Below, piece by piece: positions 13,780 to 26,369 of a DNA stretch of 64,000 nt. The stretch comes from Lama glama (taxonomy: Eukaryota). Position 1 is the stretch's first letter. The number at the start of each line of letters is the position of its first letter. Under the pieces are notes generated by a model. That model worked only from the letters and a program-made list of their open reading frames with translations. It ran no database searches and was not told where the DNA came from. The stretch is from assembly GCA_028534125.1 (NCBI GenBank), contig CM052816.1, positions 36,334,001 through 36,398,000 of the forward strand, given 5' to 3'. Made by a program: the position numbers and the translations under genes.

Positions 13780-15540
13780 ATTTCCCTTTATGACTTTCTT
13801 TTTCAAAATTCTTCTGTTTTACATAATCATTTTAAAAAATGTGATTTTTATCAAATTCAAACTGACTTAATGAGGATGTTAATTGGAATTATGTTAAATG
13901 GAGGAAATTACCATATTCATAACATTCATTATTCCCATCAAGAACTTTCTGTATCTCTTATACAGTCAAACCTGGTTTTATATTTCTTAGCAAAATCTGA
14001 TACTTTTCTTAATACATTATTGGCATATTTTTGTTTATTTAATTTCTATTTTTAAGTTATTATCTTTTTAATGGTATTTTGTGAATTATTGCTACTTTAT
14101 TAGATATATTTTGGATTTGTCATACTAGTTTTTCTGTCCACTACCTTAATAAACTTGCTTTTTAACTATAATTGTATTTTAGTATATTTTCTTAGGTCTT
14201 CTAAATAGACTATTAATCTTAAATATAATAATAATTTTGATTTTACAAAATTTATATCTCTATTTCTTATCTTATTGCATAGGATAGAATGAGGTTAAAT
14301 TAGTAGAGCAGGCACCTTTATTGTAAAACTGAAAAATTATTGTTGGAAAAGCATCTAATGCTTGCTCATTAATGTGTAGTTGTTTGTTCATTTAAGGCAG
14401 ATATAGTATTTTTAAGGGAGTGCCCATCTATTGCTATTTTATTAAGAATCTTTCTTGGGATGGTAGTCAAGTTTTATCAAATACCTTCTGGATCTTTTGG
14501 GATGATCATATAGTTTTTCATCTTGGGTCTATCTGTGTTAATGATTTACACAAAATATTTTTGCATTTTGGGGAAAAATCCTATTTGGTTCTGGTGGATT
14601 AATTTTTGAGAAATTACTGAATTCAATTTGCAGTATTTTTATTTGTCATTTATACATATAATTAATGTTTCATTCTATAATTTTTCTTTGTGCTACTTAG
14701 TCTACTTTTTTTTTAATACCAGAGGAATATACAATATTTAATCCCACTCTATATTCTGAAAGAGATTATAAGGAGTGAGAATTAGTGTTTAATATTTGTG
14801 TGAATTCACCAGAAAAGATATATGGATCAAGATATTATTTTAGAGATAATTCTTAGATTCCCTCTATTATTGTCATTGGCCTAATTTGATCTTCTAATTC
14901 TTGAAAAAATTATGGGAATTCTAATTTTGTCAGAAAATCCATTAGATTAGAATAAAATATACTGACATAAGTTCATGGATACTAAAATTTCATAACTTTA
15001 GAAAATTTCTCTAATTGTTGTTATCCCATTTCTTGCTTTTATATATTCTTTAAAAAAGATATTAAAATTATTATATTTATAAATAGTATATGAATATAAT
15101 ATCTTCATTATACTACAAATTAGTTGCTTAAATGAATTAAGTTGCTTAAATAATGGCAAAGTTTTATTTTCTTACTTTTCACTTATATTTGTGTTGCTAA
15201 CTTTTGGATTTACTGCATTATGATATAAAACTATGGTCACATGTTTTATATTCTTTGTACTGAGTTTTGTCTTTGTGAACAATGTCATAAACTTTAAAAG
15301 CTGTTTCATATAATTGAAAAGTTGTGTATTCTTTATTTATAGGATGTATATGTACATGTATTACCAATCAAACTTTATTGTCCATATTATTTTATTTGTT
15401 TTTGTGGGTTTTTCTACAGTATGTCTTCTTTATTTGACTGATTATGTGAGTTTAAAAACTGCTATAATTGTTTTATTATTTTGCATATGCTAAATATCTT
15501 TTTTAAAGTACTATTATTCAAACCACTGACTTCTAAGAGA
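13780..15540 (-). mobile_element. Very old L1M ORF2 remnant
   Basis: Antisense RT-region motifs: ttttatcaaataccttctggatcttttgggatgatcatatagttttt; gaattcaatttgcagtatttt; tgtgaattcaccagaaaagatatatgg. Confidence 0.7.
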
Positions 15541-16096
15541 ACACAGTTTATTCTCATATGTCTATTGGAAATGTAATACAAAGCAAAGCTCAGATGATAC
15601 TTGTTGGAAAGATATAAAAGTCATAATGAGTTGTAATTAATACCATCAACATTAAAACATAAATGAGATCAATTCAATAGGTATAACTATCCAAAAAACA
15701 AAGCATTTTGGAAAAAATTGTAAAGATAAAAATGCATTTGGTATGAAATTTGAAAAATTAGTAACATTTTACTCTACCCCAAAACAATATGTTCCTAAAT
15801 GGCAATAATTTAAAAAGTGTGTATATTTAGAATCCATTAAAATCAAAAGTCCAAATTAAAATTAAAAAGTCAAATAAAAATAAAAAATTTTACATATGTT
15901 TCCACAATTTAAATTTTCTGCTCTAAATTTATGTTAAATATTTGCTGAAGATTCAATTGTTTCTGATAAAGAATGACAAATTATTACCAATTTTTTAAAA
16001 CTTTCAGAGCATATTCAAAGAGAGAATAACATTTAAAAGAAAAAACAATGTTGACTAAAGAGCTAACACCTAATTTTTATTATCTTAGAGTAATGA

Positions 16097-17381
16097 GATG
16101 TTGCTGGAAAATTGGATATCCACATGCAAAAGAAACTGGATCACTATATTACACCATATACAAAAAGTAATTCAAAATGGATTAAAGATTTGAATATAAG
16201 ACCTGAAACCATGAAACTCCTAGAAAAAAACGTAAGTGGTAAACAACTTGACGTAGGTCTTAGCAATTTTTTAAAATCTGACACCAAAAGTAAAAGCAAT
16301 AAAAGCAAAAAAAAAAAAAAGTGAGACTACATCAAACTAAACTGCTTCTGCACAGCAAAGGAAACAATGAACAGAATAAAAGGACTGCCTACTAAATGGG
16401 AGAAAATATTTGTAAACCACATATACTATTTGGGGTTAATATCTAGAATGCATAAAGAACTTATTTTACTCAATAGCAAGAAGACAAACAATCTGATTAA
16501 AAAATGGACAGGATATCTGAATAGACATTTTTTAGAAGAAGGCATTATAGTTGGTCAACAGGTACATGGAACAGATGCTCAACATCATTAATCACCAGGG
16601 AAATGGAAATAAAAACCAGAGTGAGACATCTCACACCTGTTAGAATGGCTATTATCAAAAAGACAAGAAATGACAAGTGTTGGTGAAGATGTGAAGAAAA
16701 GGAAACCCTTGTGCACTGTTAGTGGGAACGTACATTGGTACAGCCATATACCATACTTAACAGTATGGAGGTTCCAAAACCAAATGGACATCAGCCTACA
16801 AAACTCCTTGAGCAGACAACACCTGTTTAGTTATACAAGCAAAACTTAAATTATCTTATTTTGCAAGACTAACTTCTTGCTTATGTTTCTGGAAATCACA
16901 AGCAAAACTTAAACTATTTCCCGAGGTTGATATGACACAACCACTAACAAATTCCCTATCATTTCAGAAAATTCTAATATTATAACCAGTCACTCTGAAG
17001 AACGAGCAGTCTCTGCTTTCTCACTCTACAAGCTGCTTTGTGACAATATACCCATGTCTCATTCCATGTTTTGGTTTGAGTGTTTCTGGTTTGTAAACTA
17101 TATTTTTGATGTGTGCACAATAAACTTTCACTAGTTACTACTTCAGTGATTTGTTGGTTTGACTTCCATTATTTCTGAATTTTTGACAGTCTTCAAAAAC
17201 TTAAAAATAGAACTACCATATGATCCAGCAATTCCACTTCTGGGTATTTATCCAAAGAAGACAAAAACACTAACTTGAAAAGAAACATGCACTCCATGTT
17301 CGCTGCAGCATCATTTACAATAGCCAAGACATGGAAACAACCTGTGTCCATTGAAGGATGAATGGATAAAGAAGATGTGAT

Positions 17382-17412
<31 letters not shown>

Positions 17413-17685
17413 CACATATTATACACACACAATGGAATATTATTCAGCCATAAAAGGGGGAAATCTTGCCATTTGCAACATGGATGGACCTAGTAGGCAT
17501 TATGCTAAGTGAAATAAGTTAGAGAAAAAGAAATACTGCATGATCTCTCATATATGGAATCTTAAAAAAAAAAAAAAGCCCCAAACTGAACTTATAGATG
17601 CAGAGAACAAATTGGTGGTTGCCAGAAGCAGGGATGGGTGGGAGAAATGGATAAAGAGTGTCAAAGGTAAAATAAATTTAAAAAT
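16097..17685 (+). mobile_element. 5'-truncated L1 (L1MA9-like), ORF2 C-terminus and part of the 3'UTR, interrupted by an LTR
   Basis: ORF fragments YITPYTKSNSKWIKDLNIRPETMKLLE and [11 protein letters not shown] are L1 ORF2. The L1 sequence resumes at 17189 after the LTR. A (CA)n lies at ~17381-17430. Confidence 0.93.
16776..17188 (+). mobile_element. ERV-type solo LTR nested in L1
   Basis: Non-L1 block splitting the L1 motif ggaggttcc|tcaaaaa. It has AATAAA near 17118 and ends in ...ttttgaca. The 5' TG is not evident. Confidence 0.7.
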
Positions 17686-18049
17686 TTAACTAATGATTTT
17701 CCCTTAAATGAATTGCCAACCTCCCTTATCTTTGCTTTGAGACTCTAAAATATTTATGTGGAATAAATCAATTTTCATGGTTTAGTTAATATTTTTATAA
17801 GAAGGAAGTTTATCTACTAACTTGGTGGAACAAATTCTATCATTGGCTAAAAAAATGTTTTAAATTGCTATATATTGTAGACATCTCTTGTAACTGACAT
17901 TTATTTTCTAAAAGTAGTATTTTAGTTATTATTTTATTAGATTATAGTTATACAAGTCTAGATAATTATAGGATATATGGAAGGCTCAACCTGATCCAAA
18001 TTGGAGGAAGAGAAAGGAATATTGGTAGAAAAACTACATAATAAGAATT

Positions 18050-18520
18050 CACTTTCACCATGTCCACCTTAACCCTTGGAGAGTAATGAGCCACTGAAGA
18101 GCCCTTGTGCCAACTTCAAAGCTCTTGCTCTTACCCACTATTTCAGTCATGCTGCACTGGTTGTGTGCCAATGCTTTGCACAGGTTAACCTGACAGCACC
18201 TTGTCTTATTTGCATCCCCTGTATCTTTCACTTCCTATCCTGGGGCTTCTCTGAATACACAGGATAGGAAACCAGCTGGAAAGCCTGCAGAAATTGTTTG
18301 TTCCTCATGAACACACTGCTTAGAAATGTGGAAGAGATAACACTCCATAGGGCAATACTTTATCAATGAAGAATAGGAGCCAACAGATAGAAAAACACTT
18401 TCTTCATTTGTCCCCTGGGTGGATAGTTCTGAGGAACATTTTATAAAGCTCCTCAAAAAGTTTTGAAAGTGTTGAGTCACACTGAGCTGTAGCTAATGTC
18501 ATAACCACCCTTATATTGGT
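18050..18520 (+). mobile_element. ERVL LTR16A-like LTR (partial)
   Basis: tatcaatgaagaataggagccaacagata...ggatagttctgaggaacattttataaagctcctca...acccttatattgg. Confidence 0.7.
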
Positions 18521-19014
18521 TAGAAAGAAAAAGAGAGATGGAGGGAGAGGAATGTTGAAAATAGAAATAAAGAGAATTTTTAGTATTGCAGAGTAATGAG
18601 ATAACAGTTTGCATGCTAGCTCTGAGCTAAAAGATCTTTTTTCCCATTTGTTTTTCTACATTTTACTGGTAATTTCCTTTTGGTCTCAGTGAGTGACATT
18701 AAAATTTCTTGTTGGAAGATTGATTTAGTTGTGCCACAAAGTAAAAGCCTGCTTATTTGGTTACATTTGATGCTGACCAAATGTTCTTTTGAAAAGTAAT
18801 TCTCACATCTGCCAACTAAATTCTATCATACATCAAATTAGATGTTAGGACTATTTCTTGCCATCTGTATTCTGTAAACTCTTTGAATGGTAATTTACCA
18901 TGATTATACAGAATATATTTTTTAGATGAAAAATCTATTTTTTTAATCTGTGATGGACTTGTAATATGTTATCATGTTAATTATGAAGAGTTTTTGAGTT
19001 TAAAAAAAATCAAG

Positions 19015-19400
19015 TGTAGTTGTCACTTATCCCTAGGCACACAAAAAATTACACCTTCCAACACCTTGCATTTAGGTGAGACCATGTAATTGGTTCTGGA
19101 CAATAAAATGTGTGTTAAAATAATGTGTGCCACTACCAGGGCAATGAATAGCCTCTTAGCGATTAGTTCGTGTGTTCCTTTCCTTGCCTGTGTTGGTTGT
19201 GAACATCCTGAGCTGAGATGTCAGAATCACAGGATGAAAGCCCCCTGGATACCTGAGTCACTGCATGGTGAACAGATGCCCTGGGAAGTAGCCTGGACCC
19301 AAATGGACTTTACATGATGAGGAATAAACTTTTGTTGTCTTAAACTGCTGAGATTTTTAGGTTACTTGTTATTGCAGCATGGACCCTTCTAACAAATACA
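19015..19400 (+). mobile_element. MaLR LTR, MLT1J-like
   Basis: ccttgcatttaggtgagaccatgtaattggttctgg...cctgagtcactgcatgg...aataaacttttgttgtcttaaactgctgagattt...ctaacaaataca. Confidence 0.85.
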
Positions 19401-20154
19401 TCGAGAAATCTGCCAACTTGGGCTTTTACTTTCCAGTAGGGTGTTTATGGATGTATGGTTATACTTACTGCTATTTAGATAGTTATTTTGATTGAGTCTT
19501 CTTTTTAAAAAAGTGCTTCTCAACATACATAGTATGATAATTTAATAATTTATCTTCATATACATTATCATATTTATCTAAAATATGCTTTATACCTAAT
19601 GTTTCTATTCACTTCACTGTTATCAACATGTAAGTGCATGGTGGCAATTATATTTGACCCAGAAATGTTGAACTCATCCATTTTATTTGTAACATTTGTC
19701 TTAGGACATGATTGATTATGTGAAATATGCTCCACCCGTTGAATTTTGTTGTTGTATTTTGTACTTGTCACATAGAATGCTTAACATGAAATATTTATGT
19801 CTCCCGAGAAGCCTTAAATATGCTCCTCAGCATTTGAAGTAGACAATGGTTGTAGTAAATATTTATTAATTGTAAAGCATGACACCAAAATTTATGAGAT
19901 GGACTACAGGCACATGGAATTTCCATACTGAATGCCAATGTACACATTGATGTATAATGGATAATAAGGCTGACATCTCTGAAAATGACTGTAAGCTCTT
20001 TTGAGGAAAGAATCTATAAATATATTGAAAGGCATTACTTAGCTTTTTTCCCCTCTGTTTTGTTTCATTTATTTTCTCAAAATTTGGGAGCACAAAGAAA
20101 TAAAGACTGTCTCTCCATTGTGCTCTCTTCCCTTGTGTCTATGACATTTTCCAC

Positions 20155-20520
20155 TTGCATATTTAACCATTATTGAGTATCTAATCTGGACCAGGTATTG
20201 CTCCAGGTGATGAGGCAGAACATTTGAAAGACATAATTTTCCTGCTCTTATGGAACTTTACTAGAGACAATCAACAAAATAAATACATGTGATGATTTCA
20301 TAGAGTAATAACTGCTATAAAGTTGATGTATTGTGGGGAGTGATCATAGAAGATCTCTCAAGGGAAGTAAAATGTTTTTTCAGTCCTTTTTTTCCCCCAG
20401 TTTTATTAGGAAATAAGTGATATACATCAACATATAAGTTTAAGGTGTGCAGCATGATTTAATGGGAAGATGCTATTTGAACCAAGATCCAAATGATGGG
20501 ATCCAATCCCTGTAAAAATC
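20155..20520 (-). mobile_element. L2 3' fragment interrupted by a ~90-bp antisense L1 3' end (~20375-20463)
   Basis: L2: tattgagtatctaatctggaccaggtattgctccaggtg...cctgctcttatggaacttta. Inserted L1 end: cccagttttattaggaaataagtgatatacatc...taagtttaaggtgtgcagcatgatt. The L2 resumes at gggaagatgctatttga. Confidence 0.7.
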
Positions 20521-20929
20521 AGAGCTTTAGAAACTTAGTTTGGTCCTGGAGTCCATGGAGATCTAAATAAAACAGTGTAGTAACTATCAACTGACATTGT
20601 CCAACTTAAATCTTCTATATGAAGAAATTACCAGGTACTACTACTTTTTTGTTTGGGATTAAGGAACAGAAAATGTGTTCCAGCAGCTATTCTTAGTAAA
20701 AATTCCCAATTTTAGATGCAAGAATCACCAACTCTATGGATCACACCCATTTATTTTTACATAGTCCTCTCCATCTTGCAATGAGCATATTACTGTAAGT
20801 ATCAAGCTTTATATCTATATCACATTCCATTTTTTTTCTGGTAAAGTTGTCATATTTCTTATTCGCTATTTTTCATTTTTTATTGAAATTACTCATTATT
20901 TTTCATAATCACCTGCAGAACTACAGTAC

Positions 20930-21300
20930 CTTCCAAATATCCACCCACACTGACTGGTTTCACTCCAACTCATTTCTCACACTGCAACTAAACTAAATTC
21001 TTTTAAAATGTCATTCTTATTACAATCCCTAACCCCCATACACACATATCTGAGATACTCTATTACCTTCTCTTTGCTCTTAGAATGAAGCCACCAGATC
21101 CTACTAGGCGCTAGAAGCCCCACATGATCCTTTTACGAATTCCTGCCTTCCTTGTTTTCTCTAGAATACAGCAATCAGTTAACTTTCTTTCATATACTGT
21201 GTCCCATCTCGCCACAAGTCCTTGCATATAGTGCTCCACCTGGAATGTTCTTAACTCATCTCATTTCCTAATGATTTCTTTACAGTTTTCAAACTCTGAA
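20930..21300 (+). mobile_element. L2 fragment
   Basis: catttctcacactgcaactaaac...tttgctcttagaatgaagcc...ccttgcatatagtgctccacctggaatgttctt. Confidence 0.65.
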
Positions 21301-21367
21301 TCATTTTACACATTAGAAAACATACATAGAATAACAAAGCAAACATTATTGTTTAGACATTATTTAT

Positions 21368-21398
21368 AAGCATGCCCTTCGATAGCTCAGCTGGTAGA
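21368..21398 (+). pseudogene. Tailless retrocopy of the 5' end of tRNA-Tyr(GTA) with a 14-bp TSD
   Basis: 21376-21398 CCTTCGATAGCTCAGCTGGTAGA equals the 5' 23 nt of vertebrate cytosolic tRNA-Tyr as I recall it. It is flanked by tagacattatttat at 21354-21367 and 21395-21408. Confidence 0.88.
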
Positions 21399-21814
21399 CA
21401 TTATTTATTGGATTAAATATTTTGTCAAACTTATTTCGGAATTTTTAAAACGTTGGATGTATTACATAAACATTGACAGTAACCTCTGTAGCTATTATTT
21501 CATTGTCTTCCTAACTTCAAATCAACCACTATTTTGAATCTGATGCATTCCCATTAATGATTTTATATCAAAGAGTTCCTCTGTCTTTATAATTATAATC
21601 TCTATCTAAATTTAGATAATAGGAGATTGGATAGAAGGTTAGGAAACAAAGAATAGCAAATTATCTGAATCTATTTGTTCCTGGAATTTCAAATAGCAAG
21701 TAGTAAGTGTTTAGACAGAGTAAGTTTTATAGAAAAATTTACCTGAATCTGTCAGTTCCTATGTTTGAAGAACAAGAGTTTGGATAGTGAAGGATCTCTA
21801 AATATGTGTGTGTG

Positions 21815-23270
21815 TGTAATTTTTTGCCATTTTTGAAGTGCAAATGAATAAGTGGAATCATATGGCTTACATAATTTCTACTTTAGCAATGTGTTTTGTA
21901 GACTTATCTATGTTGACCTATTTTACCCACTTTAATTGGTGTATATTATTGTATGATTATGCCATAATTTAATTATGCATCCTCTCATCATTTTCTTTTT
22001 TGTATTATAAGTAATGGCTTAGTGAACATTTTTTCATATTTTACGTATGCCTAAGTATAAGACTTTCTCTAGGATATATACTTACGAATACAATACCTGG
22101 GTTAAGGGCTTGGACACTGTCAGTTTTACAAGATATGGTCAAATTGCTCTCTAATGTAGATTTACCAATTCACCCTCCATTTACAGTATACAGGAACACA
22201 CAGTTCTTTACTTGCTTCCCAAAACTTGGTAATGTCAACATATGATATATGTTTTATTTCCTATTTCACTGATAATTAATGAGATTGAGTAGTTTTTGTA
22301 TTTTTATTGGCTGATTTTCTTTTTTGTGAACTGTCTACTCATCTATTTTACCTAAAGTTATATGGGATTATTTTTCTTTTTCATATTAATTTATAGAAAT
22401 GCTTTATATCTAATATTAAAATATTAAAATATTTGTGTTTCAAATAACTTATCCCTATATGCCACTTCTCTTTTAACTTAGTTTATGATGTCTTTTATTG
22501 AAAAGAAAATTTTAACTTTAATATAATTGAATTTAGCAGCTTTTCAAAAACTTATAGATTTCCTTTTCTCTTTCTTCTCCAGAAATCTACCCTTACCTTA
22601 AGGTTATAAAAATACTCTCTTAACATATTCACCCCAAAATTTTAGAGTTTTCCAAAATTATTGTGCTTTAACATTGTATTTAGACCTAAATTTATGTCTG
22701 TGTATTATATAAAAGATATATTTTTATGATCATAAAAGTGTCTAAGTATTGTTTATTAAGTAGTTTATACTTTCCCTCACTAATTTACAATATCAGATTT
22801 CTCCTTCATCATGACTTCTATGCTTGATTCCATTTTAAAAAATTTATTCCTGTATCAATACTCACCATATTAGAACTTACTGTATAAAATGAGTTTTGAT
22901 ATTTGGTAGAGTAAGTTTTCTTTTTATTCAATAATGTTTTTGCTATTCTTGGCCCTTTATTCTTTCTTATGCATTTTCGAGTTAGGTTATCAAATTCAAT
23001 GAAAAGTTCTATTTGAATTTTGACAAAAATTACCTTCAATTTAGAGATTAATTTGTGGAAAATTTACAGAATTTTGATATTCAGTTTTTAGTGCATGAAC
23101 ATTTTTAAAGTTTTGTTTTATGTCTTTAATTTCCTCCATAAATTTCTTGCACATATTTTTAAAAGAAATATTCCTAGGTATCTCATAGTTTTGATTACAA
23201 TTAGACATAATATTCTTTTAAAATTTATTTTCTAAATGTTGACGTAAACATAGTTGCTCTTTATACACTA
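21815..23270 (-). mobile_element. Old L1ME-like 3' region / ORF2
   Basis: The minus-strand ORF 22818-23039 (IQIELFIEFDNLTRKCIRKNKGPRIAKTLLNKK) is homologous to L1 ORF2. Antisense L1 3' motifs occur throughout. Confidence 0.85.
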
Positions 23271-23419
23271 CTTATTTTATGGATCATTACTCATGTATGT
23301 TACTTAAGAACCGATTTGAATCCCTCCATCCATTTCCTAACTCTCAGTACCTCTTTTTCATATACTTGCCACAGATGCTATTTGCCTTTGTTTTTATGAT
23401 TACTTTATTAAACTTTATT

Positions 23420-23571
23420 TCTTCCACTAGACTTTATGTTCTGGGTTACAGATCATGTCAGTTTTTTTTTTCTTCATCTTTATATCTCCTATACTTAATG
23501 GTAATGCTTTGCACATAGCAGATATCTAACTAGCATTTTTTGAGTAAGTGACCATATGAATGAATGAATGG
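23420..23571 (+). mobile_element. L2 3' end
   Basis: ccactagactttatgttctggg...tgctttgcacatagcagatatct...(tgaa)n tail. Confidence 0.75.
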
Positions 23572-24231
23572 GCTAGTAGTATTATTTTTAAAGCAAGTTA
23601 TTAATTATGCTTAGATCCTCAGAGTAAAAGAGAGGTAAAAGAAGCTTCTCTTCAGACATAACAGTTCAGTTCACACTGGAGACAAATCAGTTAATGCTAG
23701 CAGTCTTCAAAAGACTCAAAATTATCATCATTTAAGACTTGAAATTATGTTTTCACTAGCTCCTGTCTACTGATCATAACAACCGTCTTCACATAAAACA
23801 TGAAATAAAGAATTGCAAAGAAGAGGAGAGAAATAAATGTCCTTCATTTTAAAGGCCCTTTAACAGTAAAATGCTGTAGAGTATTTATGTAAATCGACAC
23901 AAATAACAAATGAAATTCTTCTCATCAAGACTATTAAAAGGGAGGCTCAATGAATTTATTGTAAATAAAGTACAACTCTTCACAATGCAACAATTCTTAA
24001 CTGGGTTGCAGTTTGATGAACTATAAAGAAAATAGCTTAAATTTAATTTTATACTGATAGAATAACTAAAGTTTCAACACTTCTTCCAATTTAAATTACA
24101 AAGGAAGAAGAGTATATTAACTGTTGTCAAAATAATTGTTTACTTTTTCATCTATAGATTTTCCAAGCAGGAGGAGACTTTGAGCTTAGAAATGACCTTT
24201 TTTCCTAACCAAATCTTCTGTTAATAGCACA

Positions 24232-24761
24232 TGAAAGGGAACAGAATTTCCCCCCAAATATGTCTCCTTGGCATAAGGATTATTTTAGGCTGATTATTTT
24301 TAAGAAACAGAAGACATAAGAAAAATTCTGCAAATCTGAAGAAGTCACCTTTTTGTAAGAAACATTTATATTTATAAGGGAAATCTCCATTTTTAAGAAT
24401 GTCTTCCTCCCTATACCAGGAAGAGGAAGATGACTAAAATTCTAGAAACTCCTATCAGTGGAGAAGGCTTGGACTTTTATCTGCATAAAACTATACTTTT
24501 GTTTAGTATGCATTACCTGATAATCTCCCTCAACCCTCTAACATTTTTTTGTCTTTAGCTGGAGATGGCATTTAAGGTGGTGGCTTGGGCAATTTCTAGG
24601 AGTTACTCAGTTTTCCTGGGTATCTCCCAGTATACAGAAGGTATACATGCTATTAAATTTCTATTTGTTTTTCTCCTGTTAATCTGACTGTAATTACCTG
24701 GAGGAGGGTCTTAGCCAAGAACCTAGAAGGGTAAATAGAAAATTATTTTTCCTCCCTAACA
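24232..24761 (+). mobile_element. ERV1 solo LTR, MER34A-like, complete
   Basis: TG...CA termini (tgaaagggaacagaa...cctccctaaca) and a 4-bp TSD caca (24228-24231 / 24762-24765). MER34-type motifs ttggcataaggattattttaggctg and tctcctgttaatctg. Confidence 0.9.
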
Positions 24762-25024
24762 CACATAAAGCTAAATATTTGGCATAGATTATATTGATGA
24801 AACCAGCTATGTTTTCTGGATTGTGTATTTTAGTTTTTTCTTTTTGTCTAGCTTATATACATATTTCCTAGGAATTTTGGAAAGGTCAAGGAATCTAGCT
24901 AAGGAAGAATTAACTCTTATTTTCCACATGTACCCTGGATTCATATGCTATAGACGATTTGTGAATGATCAATGGCATCTTAATCGAGAAAGGTCTCATG
25001 AGAAACTCATAACCACTGCTTAGC

Positions 25025-25186
25025 TGGGATCAGCTATATAATTTGTGGAACCCAATGCACAATGAAAATGTAGGTCCCTTGTTCCAAAATATTAAAAGAG
25101 TCTCAGGAAATTGAGAACAGAGCATTCAACAAAGTGTGGAGCCCTTTTGAGTCCCACAGTTCCCTCATTCATAAAGTTGGGGCTTC
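25025..25186 (+). mobile_element. MER45A hAT-Tip100 DNA transposon
   Basis: gctatataatttgtggaacccaatgcacaatgaaaatgtaggtcccttgttccaaaatatt...cagagcattcaacaaagtgtgg matches the MER45A consensus. Confidence 0.85.
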
Positions 25187-26369
25187 TATATCTGCTTATG
25201 TAATTCTGACATTGACCCAGAGGGGGGTCAACTTGTGCTTCCTCTTTTTTGAATGGAAGCTGATGAAGTACAGATAAGGGACAGGTTAGCTTCTTAAAAG
25301 GGTTCCAGGTGAGCCCTAAAACATGAACTTTAACTGATGATAAACAACACTACTCAGCAATCCCTGAGAATATGCCAGACCTTCCTGAGTAAAGGCAACA
25401 GTGACTCACTATCATTGGAGTAATTTCTGTGACATGAACCATAATTGCATAATTAATTACAAATGTATTTTAATTATAAAATTTATTAATGATAAAATTC
25501 CCATTTCCCCTGTGTAAAAATTTTAGCATAAAATAACTGAAAAAAATTCATATTGTCCAAGTTAAAAAGACCTTAATTTGAAAAAGTACAATGCAGGTAC
25601 TATTCTAGCTGATCTCAGGTTCTCTATGTACTGGCTTTTTTTTTTTTATGCACTATTTTTTGTTTTTTTTGTTTTTATTTTTTTGGTTCAAACTACTCTC
25701 CTTTTATTCTGGACCATATCAGTATGTCACCTACTACCAATTCAATATGAACTGCCATTCTTTTTTTTTCTTTAACTGCTCCTCCCTTCCTCCCTCCTAA
25801 AAAAAAGAAAAAAAAAAAAAGGAAAGATCTTTTAGAACTGTCTCCAACCTGCTAAAGTACTTTGTAAAGTGTAGAGACAAAAGCAGATGTTCAAAATGGT
25901 TGTTTCTGTTGCAGGAGAGTGAGTCCCTTAGAAAAGAAAAAGCGAGAACTATGGTCCTTTGGGCCTGACTTGGGTCACAGCTAGATATGAAAAGGTTAAT
26001 ATGGCAGGTAGAGTGGGCAAGAAGGTTCTAAGAGAAGGGGTGATGCTTGTCATCAGACAAAGGGCTGCATTATGACTCAAAGTGATGTTTGTTCCTTCTC
26101 TCAGTAAGATGCAGATGGAACAGAATTCAGCTCTGAAAAGGGGAAATGACAAAAGCAGGGGCAGGGCTGGGCTAGCCCATGTCGAGGGGGCTTGGTCTGT
26201 GGCATGGCTTCTGTCTCATCAGGAAAACTGAAATGGGGGCTAAATCAGCAGGATGGCTGTGTGAGGAAGCAGAGTGATGGCAGAAGCCGGGGCAAGCAAA
26301 GGTTGAATCAGAGAGAACAGCATGGGAGATCTGGGCATTAAGAGCAGTGACCCTCAGAGCTAGGAGTGT

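Noticed and set aside
21376..21398. Functional tRNA-Tyr gene
   Set aside because: Only the first 23 nt are present, with no anticodon arm, B box or terminator.
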